Origin: an uncultured Acidobacteriota bacterium
GTDB taxonomy: Bacteria > Acidobacteriota > Thermoanaerobaculia > Multivoradales > UBA5704
Direction of reading: 5' to 3'
Assembly (NCBI GenBank): GCA_963770895.1
Contig: CAVYRF010000002.1
Location: forward strand, 2,688,001 to 2,752,000
DNA: 64,000 nt
Each line of letters begins with the position of its first letter. Positions within the stretch are counted from its first letter, which is position 1. Below, piece by piece: positions 21,716-34,693 of this stretch. Position numbers and translations under genes: made by a program. The notes beneath the pieces are model-generated. The model was not told where the DNA came from, did not search any database, and saw only the letters and a list, made by a program, of their open reading frames with translations.

Positions 21716-22254
21716 TTCAGATGGAAAAGGACGATTTCGTGCGCGCTGCTACAGTATCGGACGACAGCGGTCCAGGATATGGTTTGCCTCAGCGGTGTGC
21801 ATGAAGGCGCTGAACGAGAATCCCGATTTGAACTCGGTTGTGGGCAAGATCTGGTCTCCCGTCAGAACATCAGCGCATAGCATAAGAGCCTCGGCGTATA
21901 ACGTCATCACCTCATCCGCGGCGAAAGCCAACGCGCACAGATCGAGCAGTTCGGGGTCGACGGCGCCATCTGCTTTGCCGGTGCACCTCGAGCTGGCCCG
22001 CGGTCACGCGGCCCTGGGTCACGAGTACCAGGCGATCGCTGCCAAGCAGAACTCTCTGGACTGCTTGTTCTGCTTTCTTAAGGGCGCTCGCCGATCAGGC
22101 GCTCAACGCACGGTTCGCTCCAGGAAACGCTGACTGGGTGCCCGGTAGGGCTGCCGAGTTGCACCTCCCGCCTGAATTCTACGGCGAGGTTTCGGTACCT
22201 GAGGGACGCATAGCTGGTATGCTTGAGGCGCTGAAACACCGCAAGGAGTGAGGG

Positions 22255-23064
22255 ATGAACAAGCACGGTCTGGTGTGGCTGATGCTGGCCTGCGCGTTGG
22301 TGTGGGCGGGGCGCGCGCAGGCGGCCTCGGTGGCGGAGGTGAAGGCGCGCGGCAAGCTGGTGATGCTGTGCTTTCCGCACCAGGAGAATCCGTTCATTCG
22401 CGTCAAGACCGAGATCGACCTGCAGCATTATGAAGGCATCGATTACGAGGTCATGGCAGGCTTTGCGCGCTCGCTGGGTGTGCCGCTGGAGGTGCGCCCG
22501 GTGAAGCCGTCGTTCGCCGCCCTGGTGCCGGAGCTGCTCGCCGGCAAGGGCGACGTGATCGCCAGCTCCTTCAGCATCACGCCCGAGCGTCGCGCCAAGG
22601 TGGAGTTTTCGACGCCGTACTTTGCCGTGCATCCGGTGGTGGTGGTGCGGGCCGACAGCGCCGCGCGGACGCCCGCCGACCTGGCCGGCAAGACCGCGGC
22701 GACGGTGCGGGGATCGAGCCTCGAAGAGCGCACGCGCGCGCTCAAGCCGGGCAAGATCGACTACGTCGACTTCACCCGCTGGAACTACGACGCCCTGGAC
22801 GACAAAGAGGCCGATTTCACCGTCCTGGACGAAACTTCGACCTGGCGCCTGCTGCGCTTCTACCCGGCGCTCACGGTGGCGTTCCAGCTGCCCGGCATCG
22901 ACACCTACGCCTATGCCGTCGCCCCCGGCGGCGACCTGCGCGCCGCCCTGGACCGCTACCTGGACCAGCTGCGCAAGAACGGCCGCCTGGCGGAGATCGT
23001 GCGCCGCTTCGTGGGTGACGCCGGCGCCGCCGGCCTGCTCGCCGCCGCGCCGGCCAAGCCATAG
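22255..23064 (+). CDS. Orphan amino-acid-type substrate-binding protein (SBP family 3)
   Basis: Signal peptide; GIDYEV, ITPERRAKVEFSTPYF and DLAGKT motifs. Confidence 0.85.
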   Translation: MNKHGLVWLMLACALVWAGRAQAASVAEVKARGKLVMLCFPHQENPFIRVKTEIDLQHYEGIDYEVMAGFARSLGVPLEVRPVKPSFAALVPELLAGKGDVIASSFSITPERRAKVEFSTPYFAVHPVVVVRADSAARTPADLAGKTAATVRGSSLEERTRALKPGKIDYVDFTRWNYDALDDKEADFTVLDETSTWRLLRFYPALTVAFQLPGIDTYAYAVAPGGDLRAALDRYLDQLRKNGRLAEIVRRFVGDAGAAGLLAAAPAKP

Positions 23065-23307
23065 GGCCGGCTCTCCGCTCTCGTTTGCCACCGCTCAGCC
23101 GGCGGCGCCCTCGCGAGCCGCGACCCGGTTGTCGGGAACTTGCGAGTAAGATAAAGTGGCAAACACGTCAATTGCGGCAGCAGTCCCGTGCTGGCGGTGC
23201 AGAGCGTCCGGACGGCATGGTGGGCGGGTGGGCAGCATCCTGCCTGCCGTGGCTTGCCGCCAGCGTCATGCAGGGTCACTGCTGTCCTTTCCAAGGAGGA
23301 ATCTCGG

Positions 23308-24042
23308 ATGAATCCCATGAAGAGTGCATTGCTGGGGGGAGTGCTGTTGCTGGCGTCGGTTGCCGCGGGGGGCGCCGCGGTGCAGCAGACCGCCTGCCCC
23401 GTGCCGCAGTCTCCCCGCAACATGCAAGGCCCCTACGACGGCGCCTCCACCCAATCGATCGTGACGGGCATCAGCCCCACACAGGACGAGCTGCACTACA
23501 GGGCGCGCCAGCCGGGCGCACCGGACCTGACCCTGTACCGCTGCGGCCAGCACTACCACGTGCCGGTCGAGGACGTGCAGGGCTGCCGTGGCGAGGCCGA
23601 CGTGACCTCGCTGCCTGCGTCAGCGGCGCCCTGGGTGCCTTCGCCCGACCAGTGGATCGAGGTCCACACCGCCTACTCGTCCGTAAAACCCCCCGTCCCC
23701 TGTCCCGACCCCGAGAGCCTCAACTGCTGCGATGGCACGGTCCTGGTTCTCGGTTTCAGCGCCAAGGTCAGCGCGATGCCGGGCGGCAGCCAGCCGATCC
23801 TCACTCCGCCGGCGCACCAATACGTCGAATGGTCGGGTTCGAACACCGGTACCGACAAGGTGCGGCCCACCGACTGCAAACCCACCGCGGCAGCCTGGAG
23901 CTTCCGGCTGGGCTGCAATTTCACGGTCGGAACGAACCAGTTGGGCGCCAACCTCCCCGGCGGCCCGCAGGGAGCCCGGCCGCTCCAGGCGGGCGCCCGC
24001 GTGAGCAACGACCTGACCCTGGTGACGCCGGCCAAGCACTGA
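23308..24042 (+). CDS. Secreted divergent delta-class carbonic anhydrase-like protein
   Basis: PQSPRN, CGQHYH..E, IEVH, SGSNTG and W-S-x-R motifs in delta-CA order; AGGAGGA SD. Confidence 0.6.
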   Translation: MNPMKSALLGGVLLLASVAAGGAAVQQTACPVPQSPRNMQGPYDGASTQSIVTGISPTQDELHYRARQPGAPDLTLYRCGQHYHVPVEDVQGCRGEADVTSLPASAAPWVPSPDQWIEVHTAYSSVKPPVPCPDPESLNCCDGTVLVLGFSAKVSAMPGGSQPILTPPAHQYVEWSGSNTGTDKVRPTDCKPTAAAWSFRLGCNFTVGTNQLGANLPGGPQGARPLQAGARVSNDLTLVTPAKH

Positions 24043-24115
24043 GCGGCAAGCGTGGGTGGCGAAGCGCGCCTGCCCCGCCTGCCCTGTCCGGGCGGAGTGC
24101 GGCGGGGCGGGCTGG

Positions 24116-25501
24116 TCAGCCTTCGTTGTCGTTGGATTTGAGGCCGGCCTTCTTGGCGTAGTAGCGGAAGCTGCGGAAGCTCATGTGCAGCAGCTCGGCG
24201 GCCTGGGTCTGGACGCCGCCGGTGCGCTCCAGGGCCTGGGCCATCAGCTGACTGCGGATCTCTTCGAGGTGGGCTTCCAGGTCCAGACCGTCTTCGGGCA
24301 GATTGACCATCTCCTGCTGCGAGCGGCGGTTTCCCAGCAGCTGCGCCGGCAGGTCGCGGGTCGAGATGGTGTCGGCGTGCGACAGTGCCAGCGACCGTTC
24401 GATCACGTTTTCCAGCTCGCGTACGTTGCCGGGCCAGTCGTGCGCTTCGAGCAGGCGCATGGCCTCGGTCGAGATCTGGCGCGGCGGCAGGTCCATCTGG
24501 CGGCAGTACTTCTGCAGGAAGAAATCCACCAGCAGCGGGATGTCTTCGCGCCGCTGGCGCAGCGGCGGCAGGTGGATCGGCAGGACGTTGATGCGGTAGT
24601 AGAGGTCCTCGCGAAACTCGCCGGAAGCCAGGCGGCTTTCCAGGTCCTGGTTGGTGGCGGTGATGACGCGCACGTCCACCAGCTCTTCCTGGTTGCCGCC
24701 CACCTTGCGCACCACCTTCTGCTGCAGCGCCCGCAGCAGCTTGACCTGCATCGAGGGCGTCATCTCGCCGATCTCGTCCAGGAACAGGGTGCCGTGGTCG
24801 GCCTCCTGGAACAGCCCCTTCTTTTCGCGCACGGCGCCGGTGAAGGCGCCGCGCTCGTGGCCGAACAGCTCGCTTTCCAAAAGGTTTTCGGGCAGGGCGC
24901 CGCAGTTGATGGAGAGGAACCGGCGGCCGGCGCGCGGCGACGAGAAGTGGATGGCGCGCGCGATCAGCTCCTTGCCGGTGCCGCTTTCGCCGTGGACCAG
25001 AACCGTCGAGGTGGTGCGGGCGATGCGTTCGACCAGGGCGAAGATGCTCTGCATGCTGGAGCTCTTGCCGATGATGTTGTTGAACGTGTACTTCTGCTCC
25101 AGCTCGCGCCGCAGGTAGACGTTCTCGTCGGCGAGCTGCGCCCGTTCGATCGCCTTCTGGGTGATGATCTTCAGCTCTTCGACGTCGAACGGCTTGGACA
25201 CGTAGTCGTAGGCGCCCAGCCGCATCGCTTCGATCGCCGTCTTGGTCGAGGTGAAGGCGGTCATCATCACCACCGCCGTCGATGGGCTGCCGGCCTTGAT
25301 CTCGCGCAGCAGATCCAGACCGTTGCCGTCGGGCATCAGGATGTCGCACAGCACCAGCGCGTAGCTGTTGGCGGCGAGCGAGCGCTGCGCTTCGGCCGTC
25401 GAGTGGGCGGTGTCGACCGCGAACCCTTCGGACTCGAAGAGCAGCGACAGAAATTCCAGGATGCTGTCTTCGTCGTCGACGATGAGGAGCTTGGCGGCCA
25501 T
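24116..25501 (-). CDS. pilR: Sigma54-dependent response regulator (PilR-like)
   Basis: Receiver domain, GESGTGKE, ESELFGHERGAFTGA, HTH; in a pil operon. Confidence 0.88.
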   Translation of the reverse strand: MAAKLLIVDDEDSILEFLSLLFESEGFAVDTAHSTAEAQRSLAANSYALVLCDILMPDGNGLDLLREIKAGSPSTAVVMMTAFTSTKTAIEAMRLGAYDYVSKPFDVEELKIITQKAIERAQLADENVYLRRELEQKYTFNNIIGKSSSMQSIFALVERIARTTSTVLVHGESGTGKELIARAIHFSSPRAGRRFLSINCGALPENLLESELFGHERGAFTGAVREKKGLFQEADHGTLFLDEIGEMTPSMQVKLLRALQQKVVRKVGGNQEELVDVRVITATNQDLESRLASGEFREDLYYRINVLPIHLPPLRQRREDIPLLVDFFLQKYCRQMDLPPRQISTEAMRLLEAHDWPGNVRELENVIERSLALSHADTISTRDLPAQLLGNRRSQQEMVNLPEDGLDLEAHLEEIRSQLMAQALERTGGVQTQAAELLHMSFRSFRYYAKKAGLKSNDNEG

Positions 25502-25503
25502 GG

Positions 25504-27375
25504 TCAGCTGAGCGTTTCGGCGGTGACGGCGGCGGCCCGGGTGCGGGCGGCGCCGGGCGGCGGCGCACCGGCGCCCGCGCCGGTGGCGGGCAGCTCCACG
25601 GTGATGGTGGTGCCGCCGCCGGGAGAGCTTTCGACGCGCAGCCGGCCGCGGTGGTCTTCGACGATGCGGTAGACGATCGCCATGCCGATGCCGGTGCCGC
25701 CGTCGAAGAACGAATGAAAGGGATGGAAGAGGTTGGCCCGCTCCGTTTCCGACATGCCGCGGCCGGTGTCGATCACCTGCAGCCGGTAGGTGTCGCCGTC
25801 CAGGCGCCCGACCAGGCGGAAGGTGCCGCCCTCCGGCATCGCCCGCAGGGCGTTGCGCGCCAGGTTCCAGAAGATCTGGCTGACCTGGTCGGGGTCGGCG
25901 ATCAGGCGTGCGGAGCGCGGTTCCAGGTCGAGCTCCAGGCGGTGATTGCTGGAGACCTCTTCGCTGTTGCCGAGCAGCTCCATGTTTTCGGCCAGCAGCC
26001 GGCCGATGTCGAACGGCGCGATGGTGCGCTCGCGCGGCCGGGCGAAGCGCAAAAAGCCCTTGATCGTGCGGTCGAGCCGCTGGCTCTCCTTGCGCAGGAT
26101 CTCGATCAGGCGGCGCTGCGCCACCTCGTCGGGTTTGGTGCTGGAGAGCAGCTGCACCGACCCCGAGATCGCCGCCAGCGGGTTGCCGATTTCATGCGCC
26201 AGGCCGGCGGCCAGCTCGCCGACCGCCGCCATGCGGTCCTTCATGCGCAGCTCCTCCTGCATGCGGCGCCACGCCGTCAGGTCCTGGAAGATCACGATAT
26301 AGCCGCGATGCGCGCCCATGGCGTCGCTCAGGCGCGACACCGAAAAGCCGATGAACACCAGGTCGGTGCCCACCGGCACCTGCACCTCCAGGCGGAGCTT
26401 GCCCGGCGTCGAGCTGGCCGCGGTCATCTCCTCCCAGGCGCCGGTCGAAACCAGGCCGGAACGGTGGATGGGCGAGGCCAGGAGCTGTTCTTCGCTCTGC
26501 CGCAGGATGGCGACGCCGGCCTGGTTGACGCTGGTGATGACGCCTTCCAGGTCGGTGGTCATCAGGCCGCTGCTGATCGATTGGATGACGTCGCGGTGCA
26601 CCACCTGCAGGTAGGCGAGGTGCTCGCTTTTGACTTCCAGCTCGCGCTCGGCGCGGGTGGCGTCGTGGGCCAGAAACGAGGTGAGCAGCGCCATGGCGTA
26701 GAAGCCGAAAAAGTGCACCGCCAGGTTGTAGATCACGTTCCAGCGGGCGATGGCGTCGACCGCGCTCAGCCGCTGGGGCGCCGCGGCCGCCCGCGGCCGG
26801 TTGCCGCGCTCGCCGGCGGCCGGGGGCAGCGGCGAGGCTGCCTGTCCCCGAACCGATGAAGGCGGCGGCCCTGGCGTCGCGTCCACCACGGTGGGCCCCA
26901 CCGCTTCCCCCGTGTCCGCCGTCGGCGCCGTCAGGTCCTGCGGCTGCTGCAGCCAGCCGGCGGCGACCGACAGCGTCATGCCGGCGTACAGCACGAAGGC
27001 GCAGGTGGCGATGGTGACGCCGGCGCGGCGCCGCAGCAGGGTGGACGCCACGGCGATGATGACCAGGTACAGCAGGGTGAAGGGGCTGGAACCGCCGCCC
27101 AGGTGGAACACCATGACGGTGATCAGCAGCAGGTCGCCGCCGAACTGCACGTAGGCATGGGCGGCAAGGTGGTGCCGCAGCAGGCGCAGCAGGGCGATGT
27201 AGACCAGGGTGGCGCCGAAGGTGGCGGCGGCGAGCAGCATGATCCAGCGCGTCGGCTCGGCGGCAAAGGCGCCGGGGCGCGCCAGCTGGAGCAGGAAGAA
27301 GGGCAGCAATACGCTGGTCACCGCCACCACGCGGATGGCGATGTACCAGCGGATATGGCGTGCCAGGGCGACCAT
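25504..27375 (-). CDS. pilS: Membrane sensor histidine kinase (PilS-like)
   Basis: Six TM-like segments, PAS, AHEIGNPL H-box, HATPase; between pilC and pilR. Confidence 0.85.
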   Translation of the reverse strand: MVALARHIRWYIAIRVVAVTSVLLPFFLLQLARPGAFAAEPTRWIMLLAAATFGATLVYIALLRLLRHHLAAHAYVQFGGDLLLITVMVFHLGGGSSPFTLLYLVIIAVASTLLRRRAGVTIATCAFVLYAGMTLSVAAGWLQQPQDLTAPTADTGEAVGPTVVDATPGPPPSSVRGQAASPLPPAAGERGNRPRAAAAPQRLSAVDAIARWNVIYNLAVHFFGFYAMALLTSFLAHDATRAERELEVKSEHLAYLQVVHRDVIQSISSGLMTTDLEGVITSVNQAGVAILRQSEEQLLASPIHRSGLVSTGAWEEMTAASSTPGKLRLEVQVPVGTDLVFIGFSVSRLSDAMGAHRGYIVIFQDLTAWRRMQEELRMKDRMAAVGELAAGLAHEIGNPLAAISGSVQLLSSTKPDEVAQRRLIEILRKESQRLDRTIKGFLRFARPRERTIAPFDIGRLLAENMELLGNSEEVSSNHRLELDLEPRSARLIADPDQVSQIFWNLARNALRAMPEGGTFRLVGRLDGDTYRLQVIDTGRGMSETERANLFHPFHSFFDGGTGIGMAIVYRIVEDHRGRLRVESSPGGGTTITVELPATGAGAGAPPPGAARTRAAAVTAETLS

Positions 27376-27440
27376 CGATGAGCGGCGGGGCCGGTGTCCG
27401 GCGCCGGGTGACGTCCGGCGCCGGTGCGGTCCCGCGTTTT

Positions 27441-28652
27441 TTATCCGATCTTCGACAGGACGTCGTAAAGCGGCAGATACATCGCCGTCACGATCGTGCC
27501 GATGATGACGCCCAGGACGCTGATCATCAGCGGCTCGATCAGCTTCATCAGGCCGGCCACCGCGGTGTCGACCTCATCTTCGTAGAAGTCGGCGATCTTG
27601 GAAAGCATCTGGTCCAGGGCGCCGGTCTGCTCGCCGACGTTGATCATCTGGATCACCATCGCCGGGAACACTTTGGTTTCGGCGAGCGGTTCGCTGATCG
27701 TCTTGCCCTCTTCGACGCTCTTGCGCACCACCATGACGGCGTCTTCGATGATGGCGTTGCCGGCGGTCTTGGCGGTGATCTCCAGGCCGTCCAGGATCGG
27801 CACGCCCGAGGAGGTGAGGGTCGCCAGGGTGCGGCAGAACCGTGCCACGGCGATCTTGCGCAACAGCATGCCGATCACCGGGATCTTGAGCAGGAAGCCG
27901 TCGAGGACGCGCCGGCCGCGGTAGGTGTTGTGCCAGCGGCTGATGGCGACGCTGCCGGCGACGATGACGATGGCGATGAAGATGAAGTAGCGGCCGATGA
28001 AGTTGCTGGAGCCGACCACCACGCGGGTGATGAAGGGCAGCTCGCCGCCCAGGCCGGCAAACAGCTGGGCGAACACCGGGATGACCTTCCACAGGATGAT
28101 GAACACCACGAAGGCGGCGATGACGATGACCGCCACCGGATAGATCAAGGCCGACTTGACCTGGCTCTTGAGCTTGACCGCCTTTTCGATGTAGGTCGAC
28201 AGGCGTTGCAGGATCACGTCCAGGATACCGCCGGCTTCGCCGGCCGACACCATGTTGGTGTACAGGTTGTCGAACGCCTTGGGGTGCTTGCGCATCGCGT
28301 CCGCCAGCGACGAGCCGGATTCGACGTCGGTGCGGACGCCCTGGATCACCGCCTGGAAGACGCGGTTCTCTTCCTGCTCGCCGAGGATTTCCAGGCACTG
28401 CACGAGCGGCAGGCCGGCGTCGAGCATGACCGAGAACTGGCGGGTGAAGATGGCGATCCGCTTGCTGCTGATGCCGCGCGGGAAGGGGAGGCGTGGGATC
28501 AGCTTGATCTGGCGCCCCTTCTCGCGGATGGTGGTGACCTGGATCTGCTGGCGTCGCAGCACGGCGATGGCCGCCGCCTGCGAGTCCGCGAGCAGCTGGC
28601 CTTCCTGGACCTGACCGCCGCGTGTACGACCTTTCCAAACGAAGCTGGGCAT
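27441..28652 (-). CDS. pilC: Type IV pilus platform protein PilC (T2SS F family)
   Basis: FTRQFSVMLDAGLPL, GEAGGILD, GEQTGALD and AMYLP motifs. Confidence 0.95.
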   Translation of the reverse strand: MPSFVWKGRTRGGQVQEGQLLADSQAAAIAVLRRQQIQVTTIREKGRQIKLIPRLPFPRGISSKRIAIFTRQFSVMLDAGLPLVQCLEILGEQEENRVFQAVIQGVRTDVESGSSLADAMRKHPKAFDNLYTNMVSAGEAGGILDVILQRLSTYIEKAVKLKSQVKSALIYPVAVIVIAAFVVFIILWKVIPVFAQLFAGLGGELPFITRVVVGSSNFIGRYFIFIAIVIVAGSVAISRWHNTYRGRRVLDGFLLKIPVIGMLLRKIAVARFCRTLATLTSSGVPILDGLEITAKTAGNAIIEDAVMVVRKSVEEGKTISEPLAETKVFPAMVIQMINVGEQTGALDQMLSKIADFYEDEVDTAVAGLMKLIEPLMISVLGVIIGTIVTAMYLPLYDVLSKIG

Positions 28653-28680
28653 CGTGGCGCTCCTTACCTGCAGCCTGACC

Positions 28681-29778
28681 TCAAGCCTGCATCGCCGGAC
28701 CCAGGCTGGCGGGGCCGCGGGCGATGATCTCTTGCAGTTCGTCGGGATACGAAGAGCGGGACATGGCGGTCTCCAGCGAGATCAGGCGGCGGAAGTAGAG
28801 CGCGGCCAGCGACTGGTTGAAGGTCTGCATTCCGTGCTTGGCCTGGCCGGCCTGCATCATGCCGTAGATCTGGTGCACCTTGTCTTCGCGGATGAGGTTG
28901 CGTATGGCGGCGCTGGGCACCAGGATCTCCATGGCCAGCGCCCTGCCCTTGCCGCCGGCGCGCGGCAGCAGCGCCTGGCAGAGGATCCCCTCCAGCACCA
29001 ACGACAGCTGGGCGCGGATCTGCGTCTGCTGGTGGGCGGGGAACACGTCGATGATGCGGTTGATCGATTGCGCCGCCGAGTTGGTGTGCAGGGTGGCGAA
29101 GGTCAGGTGGCCGGTTTCGGCGATGCGCAGGGCCGATTCCACGGTTTCGAGGTCGCGCATCTCGCCGATCAGCACCACGTCGGGGTCCTGGCGCAGCGCC
29201 GACCGCAGCGAGTTGGCGAAGCTGTGGGTATCGGCGTGGATCTCGCGCTGGTTGACGATGCAGCTCTTGTGGGAATGGAGGTATTCGACCGGGTCTTCGA
29301 CCGTGACGATGTGTTCGTGGCGCTCGCGGTTCACCTTGTCCAGCATGGCCGCCAGGGTGGTCGACTTGCCCGAGCCGGTCGGCCCGGTGACCAGCACCAG
29401 GCCGCGCGGCTTTTCGCACATGCGCTCGATGACCGGCGGCAGCCCCAGGTCGCGAAAACCGCGGATCTCGAACGGGATCTGCCGGAACACGGCGGCGATG
29501 GCGCCGCGCTGATGAAAGATGTTGGCGCGAAAGCGGGCCAGCCCCTTGAGGCCGAAGGAGAGGTCGATCTCCAGGTTCTCCTCCAGCCGGTGCTTCTGGT
29601 TGTCGGTGAGGATGGAGTAGGCCAGCTGCTTGGTTTCACTGGGCGTCAGCGGCGGCAGGTTTTGCGGCCGCAGCACCCCGTCGACGCGGATCTGCGGCGG
29701 CGAGTTGGTCGTGATGTGCAGGTCCGACCCCCCCTGCGCCACCATATCCTTCAACATTTGATTAAGCGTCGGAAGCAT
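28681..29778 (-). CDS. pilT: Type IV pilus retraction ATPase
   Basis: GPTGSGKSTT, TVEDPVE, LRQDPD, AETGH and AIRNLIRE motifs. Confidence 0.95.
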   Translation of the reverse strand: MLPTLNQMLKDMVAQGGSDLHITTNSPPQIRVDGVLRPQNLPPLTPSETKQLAYSILTDNQKHRLEENLEIDLSFGLKGLARFRANIFHQRGAIAAVFRQIPFEIRGFRDLGLPPVIERMCEKPRGLVLVTGPTGSGKSTTLAAMLDKVNRERHEHIVTVEDPVEYLHSHKSCIVNQREIHADTHSFANSLRSALRQDPDVVLIGEMRDLETVESALRIAETGHLTFATLHTNSAAQSINRIIDVFPAHQQTQIRAQLSLVLEGILCQALLPRAGGKGRALAMEILVPSAAIRNLIREDKVHQIYGMMQAGQAKHGMQTFNQSLAALYFRRLISLETAMSRSSYPDELQEIIARGPASLGPAMQA

Positions 29779-29982
29779 TCAGAACACCTCTCGCCGGCCT
29801 CTGCGGCCAACCCCAAGCCACCCCGGGCCGCCCAGGCCCCGTGGAGTCGATGGCCCCTCAAGTACTGGCCCGGCCGAGTCTTGCGCTGGATCTTACACCA
29901 TCGCCCGGCGGCTAGAAAGCCGCGCGGGAGCGCCGCGGCGCGCTGGACTGGACGGCGCCCGGGGCGCCGCTCCCGCACAGGA

Positions 29983-30011
29983 TTGACAAGCGATCGATAT
30001 TTGATTATATT
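29983..30011 (+). promoter_or_regulatory. Near-consensus sigma70 promoter for the small Cys-rich gene
   Basis: TTGACA-N17-TATATT in an AT-rich patch. Confidence 0.7.
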
Positions 30012-30073
30012 AAACAATCATCGTATAGCCCCGGTGGGCATCCTCCGGCGGCTAACTCAAATGGGAGATACCT

Positions 30074-30328
30074 ATGAGCTTGTCATCGAAGCGGGGGATC
30101 CTTCTGCTCGTCGCCGGCTTCCTGCTGGTGGCTGCGGCCTACGCGCCGCCCGCCCCAGGACATGGACCGCAGGGCGCTCAGCTGCTGACCACCTGTCCGT
30201 CCGTGCACTGCCCCGGCAATGGCGGGACGCTCACCTGCACCACTCCTCCCTGCTCGGTCATCGACAATTGCAGCATGTTTTGTGACCATGTCGTGCTGAG
30301 GTGCGGCGGACATTGCATCTCTGAATAG
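30074..30328 (+). CDS. Small secreted cysteine-rich protein (84 aa, 8 Cys)
   Basis: GGGAGA SD, Sec-type signal peptide, own promoter and downstream hairpin. Confidence 0.7.
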   Translation: MSLSSKRGILLLVAGFLLVAAAYAPPAPGHGPQGAQLLTTCPSVHCPGNGGTLTCTTPPCSVIDNCSMFCDHVVLRCGGHCISE

Positions 30329-30352
30329 CGGCCTGCGCTGCCGGTTGAGAAC

Positions 30353-30380
30353 GACGGCGCCGGCAGCAGCCGGCGCCGTC
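30353..30380. terminator. Bidirectional hairpin between convergent small genes
   Basis: GACGGCGCCGGC-AGCA-GCCGGCGCCGTC, 12-bp stem. Confidence 0.6.
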
Positions 30381-30392
30381 CGGGTGTTGCGT

Positions 30393-30545
30393 CTAGCCGA
30401 CGCAGATCTGGGTGCAGTCGCAGGACGCGCCGGTCGCCACGTAGCAGCTCGGGCGCGCCGAGCCGCCGGCTGCCTCGCGGGTCTGGGCGGGGGTGAGCTG
30501 GCGCAGGACTTCCCGGTTGAGCTGCAGCGAAATCTTCTTCTTCAC
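30393..30545 (-). CDS. Lanthipeptide-like precursor, 50 aa (MKKKISLQLNREVLRQLTPAQTREAAGG-SARPSCYVATGASCDCTQICVG)
   Basis: GTG start with GAGGAG SD; LxLxx-E..L leader ending in GG; core has 4 Cys and 5 Ser/Thr. Confidence 0.8.
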   Translation of the reverse strand: MKKKISLQLNREVLRQLTPAQTREAAGGSARPSCYVATGASCDCTQICVG

Positions 30546-30569
30546 GTTGTCTCCTCGGTTCTGGCCGCC

Positions 30570-30595
30570 TCGCGGTTCCCGGATTGGAACCGCGA
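30570..30595. promoter_or_regulatory. 10-bp hairpin in the 5' UTR of the precursor gene
   Basis: TCGCGGTTCC-CGGATT-GGAACCGCGA just upstream of the SD. Confidence 0.45.
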
Positions 30596-30703
30596 AACTG
30601 GCGCAGTGTGTTGTGTGCCTGCCTAACGATGCGCAGATCCGTGGTGGTAGGGGACACGGTGTGGCGGCGAAGCGCCGGCCGCTGAAGACCAGGTTGCCGA
30701 CGA

Positions 30704-34689
<3,986 letters not shown>

Positions 34690-34693
<4 letters not shown>

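Noticed and set aside
21749-22133. Short ORFs on both strands as intact genes
   Set aside because: No SD or recognisable domain; they look like fragments within the scar region.
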